This document shows, piece by piece, positions 10,111-19,458 of a stretch of 37,791 nt of DNA. The notes beneath the pieces were generated by a model, which searched no databases, was not told where the DNA came from, and saw only the letters and a list, made by a program, of their open reading frames with translations. Origin of the DNA: a virus. Taxonomy: Duplodnaviria > Caudoviricetes. The translations under genes and the position numbers were made by a program. The stretch is from positions 1 to 37,791 of IMG/VR virus record IMGVR_UViG_3300030059_002116. One strand, given 5' to 3'. Position 1 is the first letter of the stretch. Each line of letters begins with the position of its first letter.

Positions 10111-10743
10111 ATGAAGACTTATGTTGTATTAGAAAATAGTTATGGGAGCCGATATAATAGCCCCTATACTTTTTTTGTTTTTCCATCCTTACAAGCTACT
10201 AAAGACTGTAAAGAAATTAACGAGTTTAGTTTAGTCTATAGCACTGTAGAGCAATTACAAAAAACATACAAACCCCAAGAATTGTATTCTATAATGAGTT
10301 CAATAAAGACGACCTTTGCACCTGCTCGTGATGGCTATGAAGACGAGTATCATCAGTTCTTTATATTCGTTCAAAACAACGCAAAGAAATATAAAGCACC
10401 TAAAGAGGACTTAAATTGGTCTGCCGTCCGGTCAGCCCTCCAAGCACACCTTACGCAAAAAGTGCAACCCAAACGAAAGATTACACCTTCAGTTAAGATA
10501 CTGTCCGACATAGTTATGAAAGCTGTTTCTTCTTCTAGTTATAAAGACGAAGCTGTAATAACGGTGAACAAAGGTAATCCTTACACATATGGTAGTAACC
10601 GATACCATAACTTTGAAGCTATTGCCTCTTCAAAAACAGTAGCTGAAGCTCTGGTAAAAATGAAAAAACTTATTCCTGGAGGGAATAGGGTAGATATAAA
10701 ATTAGCGATACAACGAGATGCTATATACATAGGGGACAGGTAA
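10111..10743 (+). CDS. Hypothetical protein, possible C-terminal DNA-binding domain
   Basis: AGAAAGGAG RBS; basic C-terminal 'NPYTYGSNRYHNFE...KTVAEAL' domain; first gene of the modification operon. Confidence 0.65.
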   Translation: MKTYVVLENSYGSRYNSPYTFFVFPSLQATKDCKEINEFSLVYSTVEQLQKTYKPQELYSIMSSIKTTFAPARDGYEDEYHQFFIFVQNNAKKYKAPKEDLNWSAVRSALQAHLTQKVQPKRKITPSVKILSDIVMKAVSSSSYKDEAVITVNKGNPYTYGSNRYHNFEAIASSKTVAEALVKMKKLIPGGNRVDIKLAIQRDAIYIGDR

Positions 10744-10744
10744 T

Positions 10745-11692
10745 ATGAATATTAATAAAGCAGATGAGCTAGAGCCAATTGAGCGTTTCTTTTATTGGAT
10801 AAATGAAAGGCACGCTATATATCAAAAACGAATACAAGGCTTTGCTCCCCCTTGGACAGATGATTCTATTCTACAAAGCTATAAATTTACAAACCCATTC
10901 CGTGAAAATGATAAAGTTACCATATGGATGCGACAGAACTGGACGAAGCCAAATGGCAATCGACCAATGGGTGAAATTTTGTTTAACTGCTGTTTGTTTC
11001 GTATGGTGGGAACTATAGAATTTGCTGATGAGCATAAGTGGGTTTATGAAGACTATGGCTGGTCTGTTGAAAGAACCAAAGAAACAATATCTGCTCGGTT
11101 AGAGAAAAAATTGCGGACCTTTACTGGAGCGTATATAATAACTAATCAAGGTTTAAAGTTACCCAAAGGAGAAGTTGTAGTTGACCATTTCCTCAAACCA
11201 ATATGGGAAAATAAAGAAAGGCTTGCAGAGGTTGCGACCAAAACTAACTCGTTACAAGAAGTACACCGTGCGATGCTTGCCTATAAAGGGTGGGGTGGAG
11301 GGGGCTTTATGTCTTACGAAGTGGTTACCGATCTCAATCACACAAACGTATTGGACACGGCGACAGACCGTTTTACTTGGGCAAACGCTGGTCCAGGGGC
11401 AAAACGAGGACTAAACCGAATACACGAAAAATTGTTAACACAAGCCATGAGCCAACACCAAGCTAATACTCAAATGCAAAACTTATTACAAAAATCATCA
11501 CAGTATTTGTTAAGTCATGTCCCAATAGAAGAAGTTGATATGCGAACTATTGAGCACAGCCTTTGTGAATGGGATAAATGGGAACGAGTTAGATTAGAAC
11601 AAGGTACACCTCGTAGTAAGTACGATCCTGTGCAAGCCTTTAAAGATAAAGAGTTTTTAGAGACAGGGAGTGTTGGCAATGTTGTGTCTTAA
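10745..11692 (+). CDS. 5-hydroxymethyl-dU DNA kinase family protein (aGPT-Pplase1 / HhH-glycosylase-like helical fold)
   Basis: Family signature 'FFYWINERHAIY.KR..G..PPWTDDSILQSYKFTNPFRENDKVT', 'GGFMSYEVVTD', 'GPGAKRGL', 'IEHSLCEWDK'. Confidence 0.8.
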   Translation: MNINKADELEPIERFFYWINERHAIYQKRIQGFAPPWTDDSILQSYKFTNPFRENDKVTIWMRQNWTKPNGNRPMGEILFNCCLFRMVGTIEFADEHKWVYEDYGWSVERTKETISARLEKKLRTFTGAYIITNQGLKLPKGEVVVDHFLKPIWENKERLAEVATKTNSLQEVHRAMLAYKGWGGGGFMSYEVVTDLNHTNVLDTATDRFTWANAGPGAKRGLNRIHEKLLTQAMSQHQANTQMQNLLQKSSQYLLSHVPIEEVDMRTIEHSLCEWDKWERVRLEQGTPRSKYDPVQAFKDKEFLETGSVGNVVS

Positions 11693-12011
11693 ATGTAAAA
11701 AAGGAAAAACAGTTGTTGAAGATAGTAGACTGTTAGTTTATACTGATCACTTTAATAAGTTTATAAGTGGAACAACACGACGTAAAAGAGTGTGTTTGGT
11801 TTGCAATCATAGTTTCAGAACAGTAGAAATAGAACAAGGGGAACAATACCTACCCAAAGAACTTCCCCCTAAACCTGGATCTCGTTTGGCTAGTACACGA
11901 AAGAAACAAATTAAAATAAGTGGGCTTAATACTAAAGACGTAGATGAGTTAACAGACGAAGAGTTAGAAGAAGCAATATACAACGGAACATTAAACTTTG
12001 AGGAGGGATAA
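11679..12011 (+). CDS. NrdR-N-terminus-like zinc-ribbon protein
   Basis: 'CLKC...TVVEDSR...RRKRVCLVCNHSFRTVE' matches the NrdR Zn ribbon; no ATP-cone follows. Confidence 0.7.
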   Translation: MLCLKCKKGKTVVEDSRLLVYTDHFNKFISGTTRRKRVCLVCNHSFRTVEIEQGEQYLPKELPPKPGSRLASTRKKQIKISGLNTKDVDELTDEELEEAIYNGTLNFEEG

Positions 12012-12812
12012 ATGATACCAATATATATATTAACTAGAGGAAGAGTAAGTAAACAAACCACATGGGAGAGTATAGGAGTACACGCTCAAAACTCAGAGCA
12101 TACTGTGTTGGTATGTCCTACTGAAGAAGTGTCTAGGCATCAACATTTTAACAGAAGAGCATTGGATCGTGGAGACGTAAAGGGTGCTCCTAATGTTAGG
12201 CAATGGATACTAGAACATGCAAAGGAAAAGGACTATGATAAAATTATTGTTTTGGATGACGATCTTATATTTGGTCGCAGAGCACACCCTGACTTACCAT
12301 CTTTAAGAAAAACAACTAAGAACGAGATGTATGAATTGTGGGATAGAATGGAAGCTCTGTTAGATGGCTTTGTGCATGTTGGGGTTAGTCCACGCCAGAT
12401 GAATGATAAACATTTTCCACATGTGTTCAAAAAGTGTATGCGACAAAACGCTTTGCATGGGCTACGACCTAAGGATATACTCCGCACAGATTTAAAATAT
12501 AATGATGTAGAGTTAATGGAGGATTACCATATGACATTAGGTTTGTTTGGTATAGGTCAAGCTAACGCAGTTATTACTGATTGGACATGGGATCAGCGTG
12601 GTGCAAGTGGAGCTCCCGGAGGTTGCAGTCTTTACCGTGATGCTGCATTACAAGAGGAGGCTAGTAAAAAGTTGGAAAGTAAGTACCCTGACTTTGTCAA
12701 GTCTTTACAAAAAGAAACTAAAACAGGATGGGAAGGAATGAAAACACGATGGGATGTACGAGTACAATGGCGAAAAGCTGCGAAACAAGGAGGCTGTGAA
12801 TATGGAGTATAA
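12012..12812 (+). CDS. GT-A fold DNA-base glycosyltransferase-like protein (TET/JBP-associated TAGT/GREB1-like)
   Basis: 'IYILTRGR' start, 'RQWIL', DxD motif 'IIVLDDDL', 'MEDYHMTL', 'PGGCS.YR'. Confidence 0.7.
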   Translation: MIPIYILTRGRVSKQTTWESIGVHAQNSEHTVLVCPTEEVSRHQHFNRRALDRGDVKGAPNVRQWILEHAKEKDYDKIIVLDDDLIFGRRAHPDLPSLRKTTKNEMYELWDRMEALLDGFVHVGVSPRQMNDKHFPHVFKKCMRQNALHGLRPKDILRTDLKYNDVELMEDYHMTLGLFGIGQANAVITDWTWDQRGASGAPGGCSLYRDAALQEEASKKLESKYPDFVKSLQKETKTGWEGMKTRWDVRVQWRKAAKQGGCEYGV

Positions 12813-13797
12813 ACAAGAGCCCCCTAACGCTATTCAAATAGAATTAGCTGAGGGCTGTAATCTAGCCTGTTCTTTTTGTGGTATACAAGCTATACGAGAG
12901 AATGGGGCTGACGGTCCAAAGAAGGTAAGAGGCAAAGGCTCTGGTCCATATAAGTTTCTTAGTATGGAAGTAGCTGAACGCATTGCCGATTCTATAGTGG
13001 AAGCCAAATGGAACAGTAGGTTAGAGTTTGCTATGCACGGTGAGCCAACGATGCACCCCCATTATCACGATATGATAAAGTTGTTTAGAAATAAATTACC
13101 TAAAGCCTCTATTATGATGACAAGTAATGGTGGTGGTCTTTTACTAGGCGACGGCTTAAACGCTAACATCAACAAACTGATGGACTCAGGTTTAAATGTT
13201 TTGTTTTTAGATAACTATGATGGAATAAAAATAGTAGATAAAATACAAGCTAAATATGAAGGTCCTCATGAGGTAATACAATATCCCCATGATAAGAGAG
13301 GCAACCCACACAAACGAAGAAAGCCTAATGAGCATCATATTGTAGTCGGAGCAGATTTAACTTTAGCTAGTGATGGAACACATGCACAAGTTAGTAATCA
13401 TGCCGGATCGGCTTTCCCACTTAACGATAAGCAAGAGGGCAAACGATGTGCCAAACCCTTCAGGGAGCTCAGCTTAAGATGGAATGGTAAGGTTGCTCTT
13501 TGTTGTAATGACTGGACAGGTTGGTACAAGTGTGGGGATGTAATGGAGGAAAAAATAAATGAAATCTGGACTAATGACTTGTTTCTTGGTGCAAGAACAA
13601 GATTATATCACGGTTCACGTGACTTCGGACCGTGTCGTGGCTGTGATAACGCTACTATTCGTAATGGGCTTTTGCCTGACCGAATGGGCAAAGTGGAGAT
13701 GCCGAAGCCAACAATTCAAACAGATAAACATATTGAAGAAGCGTTAAAAGGTGGCACTTACACAAAACAAGTCAAGCCTATATTTGACTTTATTTAA
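12802..13797 (+). CDS. Radical SAM protein with SPASM/twitch domain
   Basis: CxxxCxxC 'CNLACSFC', 'HGEP', C-terminal 'CAKPF...CCNDW...PCRGC'. Start at ATG 12802 after AAGGAGG. Confidence 0.88.
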   Translation: MEYKQEPPNAIQIELAEGCNLACSFCGIQAIRENGADGPKKVRGKGSGPYKFLSMEVAERIADSIVEAKWNSRLEFAMHGEPTMHPHYHDMIKLFRNKLPKASIMMTSNGGGLLLGDGLNANINKLMDSGLNVLFLDNYDGIKIVDKIQAKYEGPHEVIQYPHDKRGNPHKRRKPNEHHIVVGADLTLASDGTHAQVSNHAGSAFPLNDKQEGKRCAKPFRELSLRWNGKVALCCNDWTGWYKCGDVMEEKINEIWTNDLFLGARTRLYHGSRDFGPCRGCDNATIRNGLLPDRMGKVEMPKPTIQTDKHIEEALKGGTYTKQVKPIFDFI

Positions 13798-13899
13798 GGC
13801 TTGTTCGCGTGTTAGAAACTTGCTTTTTGTAAGTTTGTAGGGCATAAATAATTCAAGCTGTTAAAACAGCTTAAAAACAACCCATAGAAAGGGGAAGCA

Positions 13900-14910
13900 A
13901 TGGCTTTATATGGAAAGACTATGCGTAGTGACCACAGCTTTTGTTGTGTTAACGTCAGTGACGCATTATATTTAATAAAACAATCTATTGAAGAAAACGG
14001 TGTACGAGTTGAAACTAGGAATGGACCAGCTTTAGAGTTTCCTAACCCTTGTATCATTACATACAACAACCCAAAAGAAAGGGTACTGTTTTACCCTGAG
14101 CGTGATGCCAACCCCATCTTCCATTTTATGGAAAGTATGTGGATGCTTGATGGGCGTAATGATTTATATTTTATAAAATATTTCAATAAACAAATGGAAC
14201 AATACAGTAATGACAAGCATACGGTGTCAGGTGCTTATGGTTATCGATGGCGAAGGTACTTTGCAAGAGACCAATTTGAAACAGTAATACATCGTTTAAG
14301 AAAGTATCCTAACGATCGTAGGACTGTCTTGAGTATGTGGGATGCAGTGCATGACCTACGGAAGGACAATGAGTCTAGGGATTTACCTTGCAATACTCAC
14401 ATTTATTTTTACATACGAAACAATATGCTGGATATGACAGTGTGCAATCGTAGTAATGATTTGATATGGGGAGCTTGTGGAGCTAATGCTGTGCATATGA
14501 GTTTCTTACAAGAGTATATTGCTACAATGGTTGGTGTAGAAGTGGGAACATATACTCAGTTTTCTAACAATCTACACGCTTATGATTTTACTTTAAAAAA
14601 GCTAGAAGGTATGCAACCTGACTATGATTCTTATGCCTCTAGAAATTTTACCACCTTACCTCCGTTGATTGATGATATTAAAACATTTGATAATGAATTA
14701 ACTTTGTGGTTACAACACCGAGCAGTGTCTAAGGATTGGACAAACTCTATATTCGCTAATGTTGCTCAGCCTATGCTACAAACATGGAATGCTTGGAAAG
14801 ACAAAGACTGGAAAAAAGCATATGCTAATGCTGAACGGATAGGTTCAGATGATTGGTGCGTAGCAACTTTAGAATGGTTAAACCGTAGAAAGGATTTATT
14901 TAATGGATAG
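13900..14910 (+). CDS. Thymidylate-synthase homologue, probably dUMP hydroxymethylase
   Basis: Catalytic 'DLPCN', 'NRSNDLIWGACGAN' (Asn at the dUMP-specificity position), 'NNLHAY'. Divergent from canonical ThyA and embedded in a modification cluster. Confidence 0.8.
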   Translation: MALYGKTMRSDHSFCCVNVSDALYLIKQSIEENGVRVETRNGPALEFPNPCIITYNNPKERVLFYPERDANPIFHFMESMWMLDGRNDLYFIKYFNKQMEQYSNDKHTVSGAYGYRWRRYFARDQFETVIHRLRKYPNDRRTVLSMWDAVHDLRKDNESRDLPCNTHIYFYIRNNMLDMTVCNRSNDLIWGACGANAVHMSFLQEYIATMVGVEVGTYTQFSNNLHAYDFTLKKLEGMQPDYDSYASRNFTTLPPLIDDIKTFDNELTLWLQHRAVSKDWTNSIFANVAQPMLQTWNAWKDKDWKKAYANAERIGSDDWCVATLEWLNRRKDLFNG

Positions 14911-15202
14911 GGGATATAGCCTTATAATAGAACAAGTTAAGGACTTAGCAAATGAAGATGTAATAGAATTACATAAAGCCGAACTGTCGTACGGCGACAG
15001 TTGGAAAAAGCGAGGGGGTGTCGGTGCGTTTATGATGCTTGCTCGTAAATGGGATAGGCTTCAGAACCAAGTGGATGGACACAGTTATGATATATTTAAA
15101 GCTATCTCAGAAGACCAACGCCCCGAAGGCATACTAGATGATATACGTGATTTGCGTAGATATCTGTTGTTGGTTGAGGCAGAAATGATAGGTGATGACT
15201 GA
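14903..15202 (+). CDS. Nucleotide-modification-associated all-alpha protein (Nmad1/DUF1599-like)
   Basis: 'SYGDSWKKRG..GAFMMLARKWDRL...DDIRDLRRYLLL'. Confidence 0.65.
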   Translation: MDRGYSLIIEQVKDLANEDVIELHKAELSYGDSWKKRGGVGAFMMLARKWDRLQNQVDGHSYDIFKAISEDQRPEGILDDIRDLRRYLLLVEAEMIGDD

Positions 15203-15359
15203 TCTAGACACAGAAGTAAAAGCCGTTTGCGAAGACTGTCAAAAGGAACAAATAGTTACTTTTCGTAAACTTAAAAATAAATGGGTTATCTGCAGTTGCG
15301 GACAGCCAATGATTATAAAGGTACAAAATGCAATTCCCCCTATTCACACCACCGACTGA
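15195..15359 (+). CDS. Small Zn-ribbon protein (54 aa; not in the ORF track)
   Basis: MTDLDTEVKAVCEDCQKEQIVTFRKLKNKWVICSCGQPM...; CxxC and CxC pairs; fills the gap before the polymerase. Confidence 0.55.
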   Translation: MTDLDTEVKAVCEDCQKEQIVTFRKLKNKWVICSCGQPMIIKVQNAIPPIHTTD

Positions 15360-17247
15360 GTGGGTTATGCCTGACGGCTACCCTGATTTAAGAGAAGCAA
15401 AAGAAATAGCTATTGACCTTGAAACACGTGATCCAAACCTTTTAACAATGGGCTCTGGGTGGGCTAGGGGTGATGGCGAAATAATAGGAGTTGCCGTAGC
15501 AACACACAGCGAATCATGGTACTTTCCTATACGCCACCAGAATGGCACTAACCTTGACCCTGATCAGACGATGAGGTGGGTTAAAGACTTATGTAGCATA
15601 AACCGTGACTATATTATGCACAACGCCATGTATGACGCTGGTTGGCTCTGGCAAGAAGGTATTGATATAAAAGGTCGCATGATTGACACAATGGTTGTCG
15701 GTGCTTTGCTTGATGAAAACAGGTTTAGCTATGCTCTTAACTCTTTGGGTCGTGATTATCTTGGTGAGCGTAAGAATGAAAAAGATTTACAAGAAGCTGC
15801 GAGGCAGTTTGGTGTCAATGCTAAAAGTGAAATGTATAAACTCCCTGCTCATTTTGTAGGAGCTTACGCTGAACAAGATGCAGCTTTGACAATGAAGCTA
15901 TGGCAGTTATTTAAAGGTCTAATTATCAAAGAAGATATTGCCGACATATTTGAATTAGAAACAAATGTTCTACAAGTCGTACTTGCTATGCGAAAAAAGG
16001 GTGTACGAGTGGACTTACCAAAAGCACAAGAGCTTAAAGAGAGGCTTGAAAAGCAAGAGATAGAAGTTTTAAAATCAGTGGGAGGTGAGGGTATTGATAT
16101 CTGGGCTGCTCGTAGTATTGCAAAAGCCTTTGATGCTGTTGATTTAAGATACCCAACTACTGAAAAGTCTAAGCAACCAAGTTTCACTAAAAACTTTTTA
16201 GCCAATCACGAGCACGCTTTGCCTCGTGCCGTCGTTAGGGCAAGAGAACTTAATAAGGCTCGTACAACTTTTATAGATACTATACTCAAGCACCAACATA
16301 AAGGTAGGATATTTGCTGAAGCCCATCCACTTCGCAGTGATGAGGGTGGGACAGTTACAGGTCGATTTAGCTACAGTAACCCCAACCTTCAACAAGTCCC
16401 TGCTCGTAACGCTGAAATAGGTCCGTTAATTCGTGGTTTGTTTTTACCTGAAGAAGGTGAGTTATGGGGGGCGTTTGATTACAGTAGCCAAGAGCCTCGT
16501 TTAGTTGTTCATTATGCAGGATTATTAGACTTTAAAGGTGCAATGGACTTCGTTGAGCAATACCAAAAGGACAAGCATACTGACTTCCACCAGATGGCAG
16601 CTGATATTGTGGGAGTGCCTCGTAAGCAAGCTAAAGATATTAATTTAGGTTTGTTCTATGGCATGGGTAAGAATAAACTTGCTGAGCAGTTGGGTCTTGA
16701 ACTAGAAGATGCCAAAGACTTATTCGCCGAGTATCATGGCAAAGTTCCTTTTGTCCAGCAGTTAGCTGATTATGCTACAGCTCGAGCAAGTAAAAAAGGT
16801 GTTATAAGAACGCTATTGGGACGTAGATGTAGGTTTGATAAATGGGAGCCTAACGCTTATGGAACATTCAAACCATTACCCTATCAAGAAGCATACAATG
16901 AACACGGACCAGCGATTCGTAGATGCTTTACTTATAAGGCATTGAACAAATTAATTCAAGGGAGTGCTGCTGACCAAACAAAAGCTGCGATGGTAGCTCT
17001 CCACAAAGAAGGCATAGTGCCAATGATACAAGTTCATGATGAATTAGATGTGTCTGTACAAAGTGAAGCTCAAGCAAAAAGGATACAAGAAGTTATGGAA
17101 AACTGTGTGGAAATGAAAGTACCTAGCGTTGTTGATGCTGAGTTTGGTTTGAGCTGGGGCATGGCAAAGAAAACATTTAGTGATAAACCGTGGACAAGAG
17201 GAAAAGCAGATGGACACAGCAAGCAACAAACGAACAACAAACTTTAA
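15328..17247 (+). CDS. Family A DNA polymerase with 3'-5' exonuclease
   Basis: Exo 'IAIDLET', 'HNAMYD', 'YAEQD'; motif A 'FDYSSQEPR', motif B 'RKQAKDINLGLFYG', motif C 'QVHDEL'. Confidence 0.95.
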   Translation: MQFPLFTPPTEWVMPDGYPDLREAKEIAIDLETRDPNLLTMGSGWARGDGEIIGVAVATHSESWYFPIRHQNGTNLDPDQTMRWVKDLCSINRDYIMHNAMYDAGWLWQEGIDIKGRMIDTMVVGALLDENRFSYALNSLGRDYLGERKNEKDLQEAARQFGVNAKSEMYKLPAHFVGAYAEQDAALTMKLWQLFKGLIIKEDIADIFELETNVLQVVLAMRKKGVRVDLPKAQELKERLEKQEIEVLKSVGGEGIDIWAARSIAKAFDAVDLRYPTTEKSKQPSFTKNFLANHEHALPRAVVRARELNKARTTFIDTILKHQHKGRIFAEAHPLRSDEGGTVTGRFSYSNPNLQQVPARNAEIGPLIRGLFLPEEGELWGAFDYSSQEPRLVVHYAGLLDFKGAMDFVEQYQKDKHTDFHQMAADIVGVPRKQAKDINLGLFYGMGKNKLAEQLGLELEDAKDLFAEYHGKVPFVQQLADYATARASKKGVIRTLLGRRCRFDKWEPNAYGTFKPLPYQEAYNEHGPAIRRCFTYKALNKLIQGSAADQTKAAMVALHKEGIVPMIQVHDELDVSVQSEAQAKRIQEVMENCVEMKVPSVVDAEFGLSWGMAKKTFSDKPWTRGKADGHSKQQTNNKL

Positions 17248-17737
17248 AAGCCTGGATACTATTTATGATGCACAGTTTCTTATGCGATATCATACCGTTC
17301 CAATACAAGGATTGAGGCAGACAGTGGGAGCACATTCATACGCAGTAGCTATACTTATTGACCAACTTTGGGAAAATGTACCGAAGCAGTTAATCATGGC
17401 AGCTCTATACCACGATGTTCCTGAGATGGTCTTAGGCGATATTCCTGCTACAGCGAAATGGGATTATCCTGAAGTCAAACGAGCCTTTGAAAAAGCAGAA
17501 GCAAAGGTGATGGAAGACCTTGGATTGACTTTTATACTTAGCCCAAAAGACAAAGCTCGTTTAAAGATGGCAGACATGTTAGAATTAGTTCTCTATTGTG
17601 AAAAGCACGCTGACGCAAACACTCAAATGAAAATAATTATGAACACTGGAGTCCAGTATTTGTTTAGCAATTTCAGTGAGTTGAAGGACTTTGAGCCTGT
17701 GAAAGAAGTTTTACGGAATCGCAATTTGAGTAACTAG
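17210..17737 (+). CDS. HD-domain 5'-deoxynucleotidase (YfbR-like)
   Basis: 'RYHT...QTVGAHSY', 'ALYHDVPE..LGDIP', 'LKMADMLE'. Confidence 0.85.
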   Translation: MDTASNKRTTNFKSLDTIYDAQFLMRYHTVPIQGLRQTVGAHSYAVAILIDQLWENVPKQLIMAALYHDVPEMVLGDIPATAKWDYPEVKRAFEKAEAKVMEDLGLTFILSPKDKARLKMADMLELVLYCEKHADANTQMKIIMNTGVQYLFSNFSELKDFEPVKEVLRNRNLSN

Positions 17738-17814
17738 ACCAATTATTATTTGTTTCTTGCTGTAAACCCCTATATAAGTAAAGTATACACAAACCATACA
17801 CAGAAAGGTATGTT

Positions 17815-18087
17815 ATGAATATTATTACTAACACATGGCAAGATTACGAGGAGGAAACTCTTAGGTATACTATAGGTTACACCGTCACCGAGTTCAAGGG
17901 GCGTGGTAGTTATGAAACTCGTAAGTTCAAAACACTAGCAAAAGCTCAGCATTTCTATAGGTTGCATAAGACAGCCTTTCCTAATGCTAGGATTATTATT
18001 TATGCAGTATGTCAGCCCCCTAATCGTCAGCTTACGGTAAGCCTTCCAGTAAGCGATAATAATTGGGAGATGCAAAAAGTTATATGA
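17815..18087 (+). CDS. Hypothetical protein
   Basis: Own promoter-like sequence (TTGCTG-16-TAAAGT) and CAGAAAGG RBS. Confidence 0.6.
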   Translation: MNIITNTWQDYEEETLRYTIGYTVTEFKGRGSYETRKFKTLAKAQHFYRLHKTAFPNARIIIYAVCQPPNRQLTVSLPVSDNNWEMQKVI

Positions 18088-18548
18088 ACATATTCTGGTT
18101 AGCAAACGCCCCCAAAAAAATTGCAGAGCATCATTGTGACAAACATATTGTTAAGATGCCCTTAGAAATGACACAGATGTTATGCACTGTTCACGACAGG
18201 TATGATAATGACAGCCCCTACAAACCTGTCCACCAAAAGCATCCCTGCACTCTGTGGATAGGTGCTTCAATAGAAAACTATGTACTAGCGTGGAAAGTAG
18301 GTGAACAGTTATTTAAAGAATACACATATAGATATGGCAAAGTTCACAAGTCACAATCTATATTGTATTCCTTGCGTTGTCCCCCAACAAACTTAACAAC
18401 TCAAGGACTTACTACTCGACCTCAGGCAATGCCTGATATATATAAACAACCAGATACAATACAAGCCTATCGCAGTTACTATTTAGGTGAGAAAATGTAT
18501 ATGGCTAAGTGGACAAAACGTAACCAACCTTATTGGAGTATAATATAA
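18084..18548 (+). CDS. Pyrimidine-dimer DNA glycosylase/DenV-like family protein
   Basis: 'MNIFWL...HCDKHIVKMPLE..QML', 'HPCTLW', 'EYTYRYGKVHKS', 'PQAMPD...YRSYY'. Confidence 0.7.
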   Translation: MNIFWLANAPKKIAEHHCDKHIVKMPLEMTQMLCTVHDRYDNDSPYKPVHQKHPCTLWIGASIENYVLAWKVGEQLFKEYTYRYGKVHKSQSILYSLRCPPTNLTTQGLTTRPQAMPDIYKQPDTIQAYRSYYLGEKMYMAKWTKRNQPYWSII

Positions 18549-18549
18549 T

Positions 18550-18822
18550 ATGAAAGAACTAGAGCCTAGATGGTCTATCTATGAAATAGAAGAGGGCTTT
18601 GTGTTAATTAATGATAACTTATCACACACAAAGCCTCGTATGTTTTCTAGCATGGAACATGCGACAAAATGGATACTGAGTTTTTACGAAACTGTAACAG
18701 AGCGAGACCGATTGACCATTCGTCAAGGGGACAGTGATAAAAAAGAGGGTATGACAACCCAAACAAACCTTCGTCATCCTTATGATAGAGATGATGATTA
18801 CTGGGATAAACAAGGAGGATAA
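18550..18822 (+). CDS. Hypothetical protein
   Basis: 90-aa ORF abutting both neighbours in the operon. Confidence 0.55.
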   Translation: MKELEPRWSIYEIEEGFVLINDNLSHTKPRMFSSMEHATKWILSFYETVTERDRLTIRQGDSDKKEGMTTQTNLRHPYDRDDDYWDKQGG

Positions 18823-18823
18823 T

Positions 18824-19147
18824 ATGACTATCGATATTTCAAAAGAAGAACTAATGGAAGCCATCCACAAATATGACAGCATTGGAGACATAGTTAAACA
18901 TCTTGGGATAAGTCGTGCTTCTCTTTTTAAAATCTGCATGAGTAACTATGTTAAATCTTTACCAGATGGTAGGAAACACAGAACAGATTTTAAAAGTGAG
19001 CGAGCTCGGGACATATTTCAATCTCGACATTTCGAGGGGATGACTATGCGAGCGATAGCTAAAAAGCACGGCATAAGTAGACAGAGGGTCTTTCACATAC
19101 TAAAAACTCAGTATGATAAGTCAAGACTTGCAACTGAAACTTCCTAA
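18824..19147 (+). CDS. Helix-turn-helix DNA-binding protein (two HTH motifs)
   Basis: 'SIGDIVKHLGISRASL' and 'MTMRAIAKKHGISRQRVFHIL'; AAGGAGG RBS. Confidence 0.7.
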   Translation: MTIDISKEELMEAIHKYDSIGDIVKHLGISRASLFKICMSNYVKSLPDGRKHRTDFKSERARDIFQSRHFEGMTMRAIAKKHGISRQRVFHILKTQYDKSRLATETS

Positions 19148-19191
19148 GTTATACTTATAATATAGTAAAAAGTTCACAGAAAGGAACGTGT

Positions 19192-19458
19192 ATGGAAAAT
19201 TTAAATAAAATAATCCCAACCGTTGAGCAAACGGCTAAAAAACGAGTAGGCAATCCAATGGGTCCTTTGCACCTTGCAAGGGAAGTCATGGAGTTGAGTA
19301 CTAAAATTGCCGTATTATCAGATGACTACGCCTTTCAGTATGCCTTTATGGAGTATGTAAAGCAAAAAGACAGAGCCTTGTATAATGAGGCTATGTTAAC
19401 TGCCGAGGCAATGCTTAGAATACAAGGATTAAACGTACCAGAAAGGGATGAGTACTAA
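19192..19458 (+). CDS. Hypothetical protein
   Basis: Promoter TTGCAA-16-TATACT (19128-19155) and CAGAAAGG RBS. Confidence 0.6.
   Translation: MENLNKIIPTVEQTAKKRVGNPMGPLHLAREVMELSTKIAVLSDDYAFQYAFMEYVKQKDRALYNEAMLTAEAMLRIQGLNVPERDEY

Noticed and set aside
13900-14910. dCMP hydroxymethylase (T4-like glucosyl-hmC pathway)
   Set aside because: The specificity position after RSxD...G is Asn ('WGACGAN'), as in dUMP-utilising enzymes, not Asp. The linked kinase family acts on hmU.
6497-17737. Z-genome (2-aminoadenine) system suggested by PolA + HD phosphohydrolase + MazG
   Set aside because: No PurZ/adenylosuccinate-synthetase-like gene in the window; the neighbouring genes point to pyrimidine (hmU) modification.
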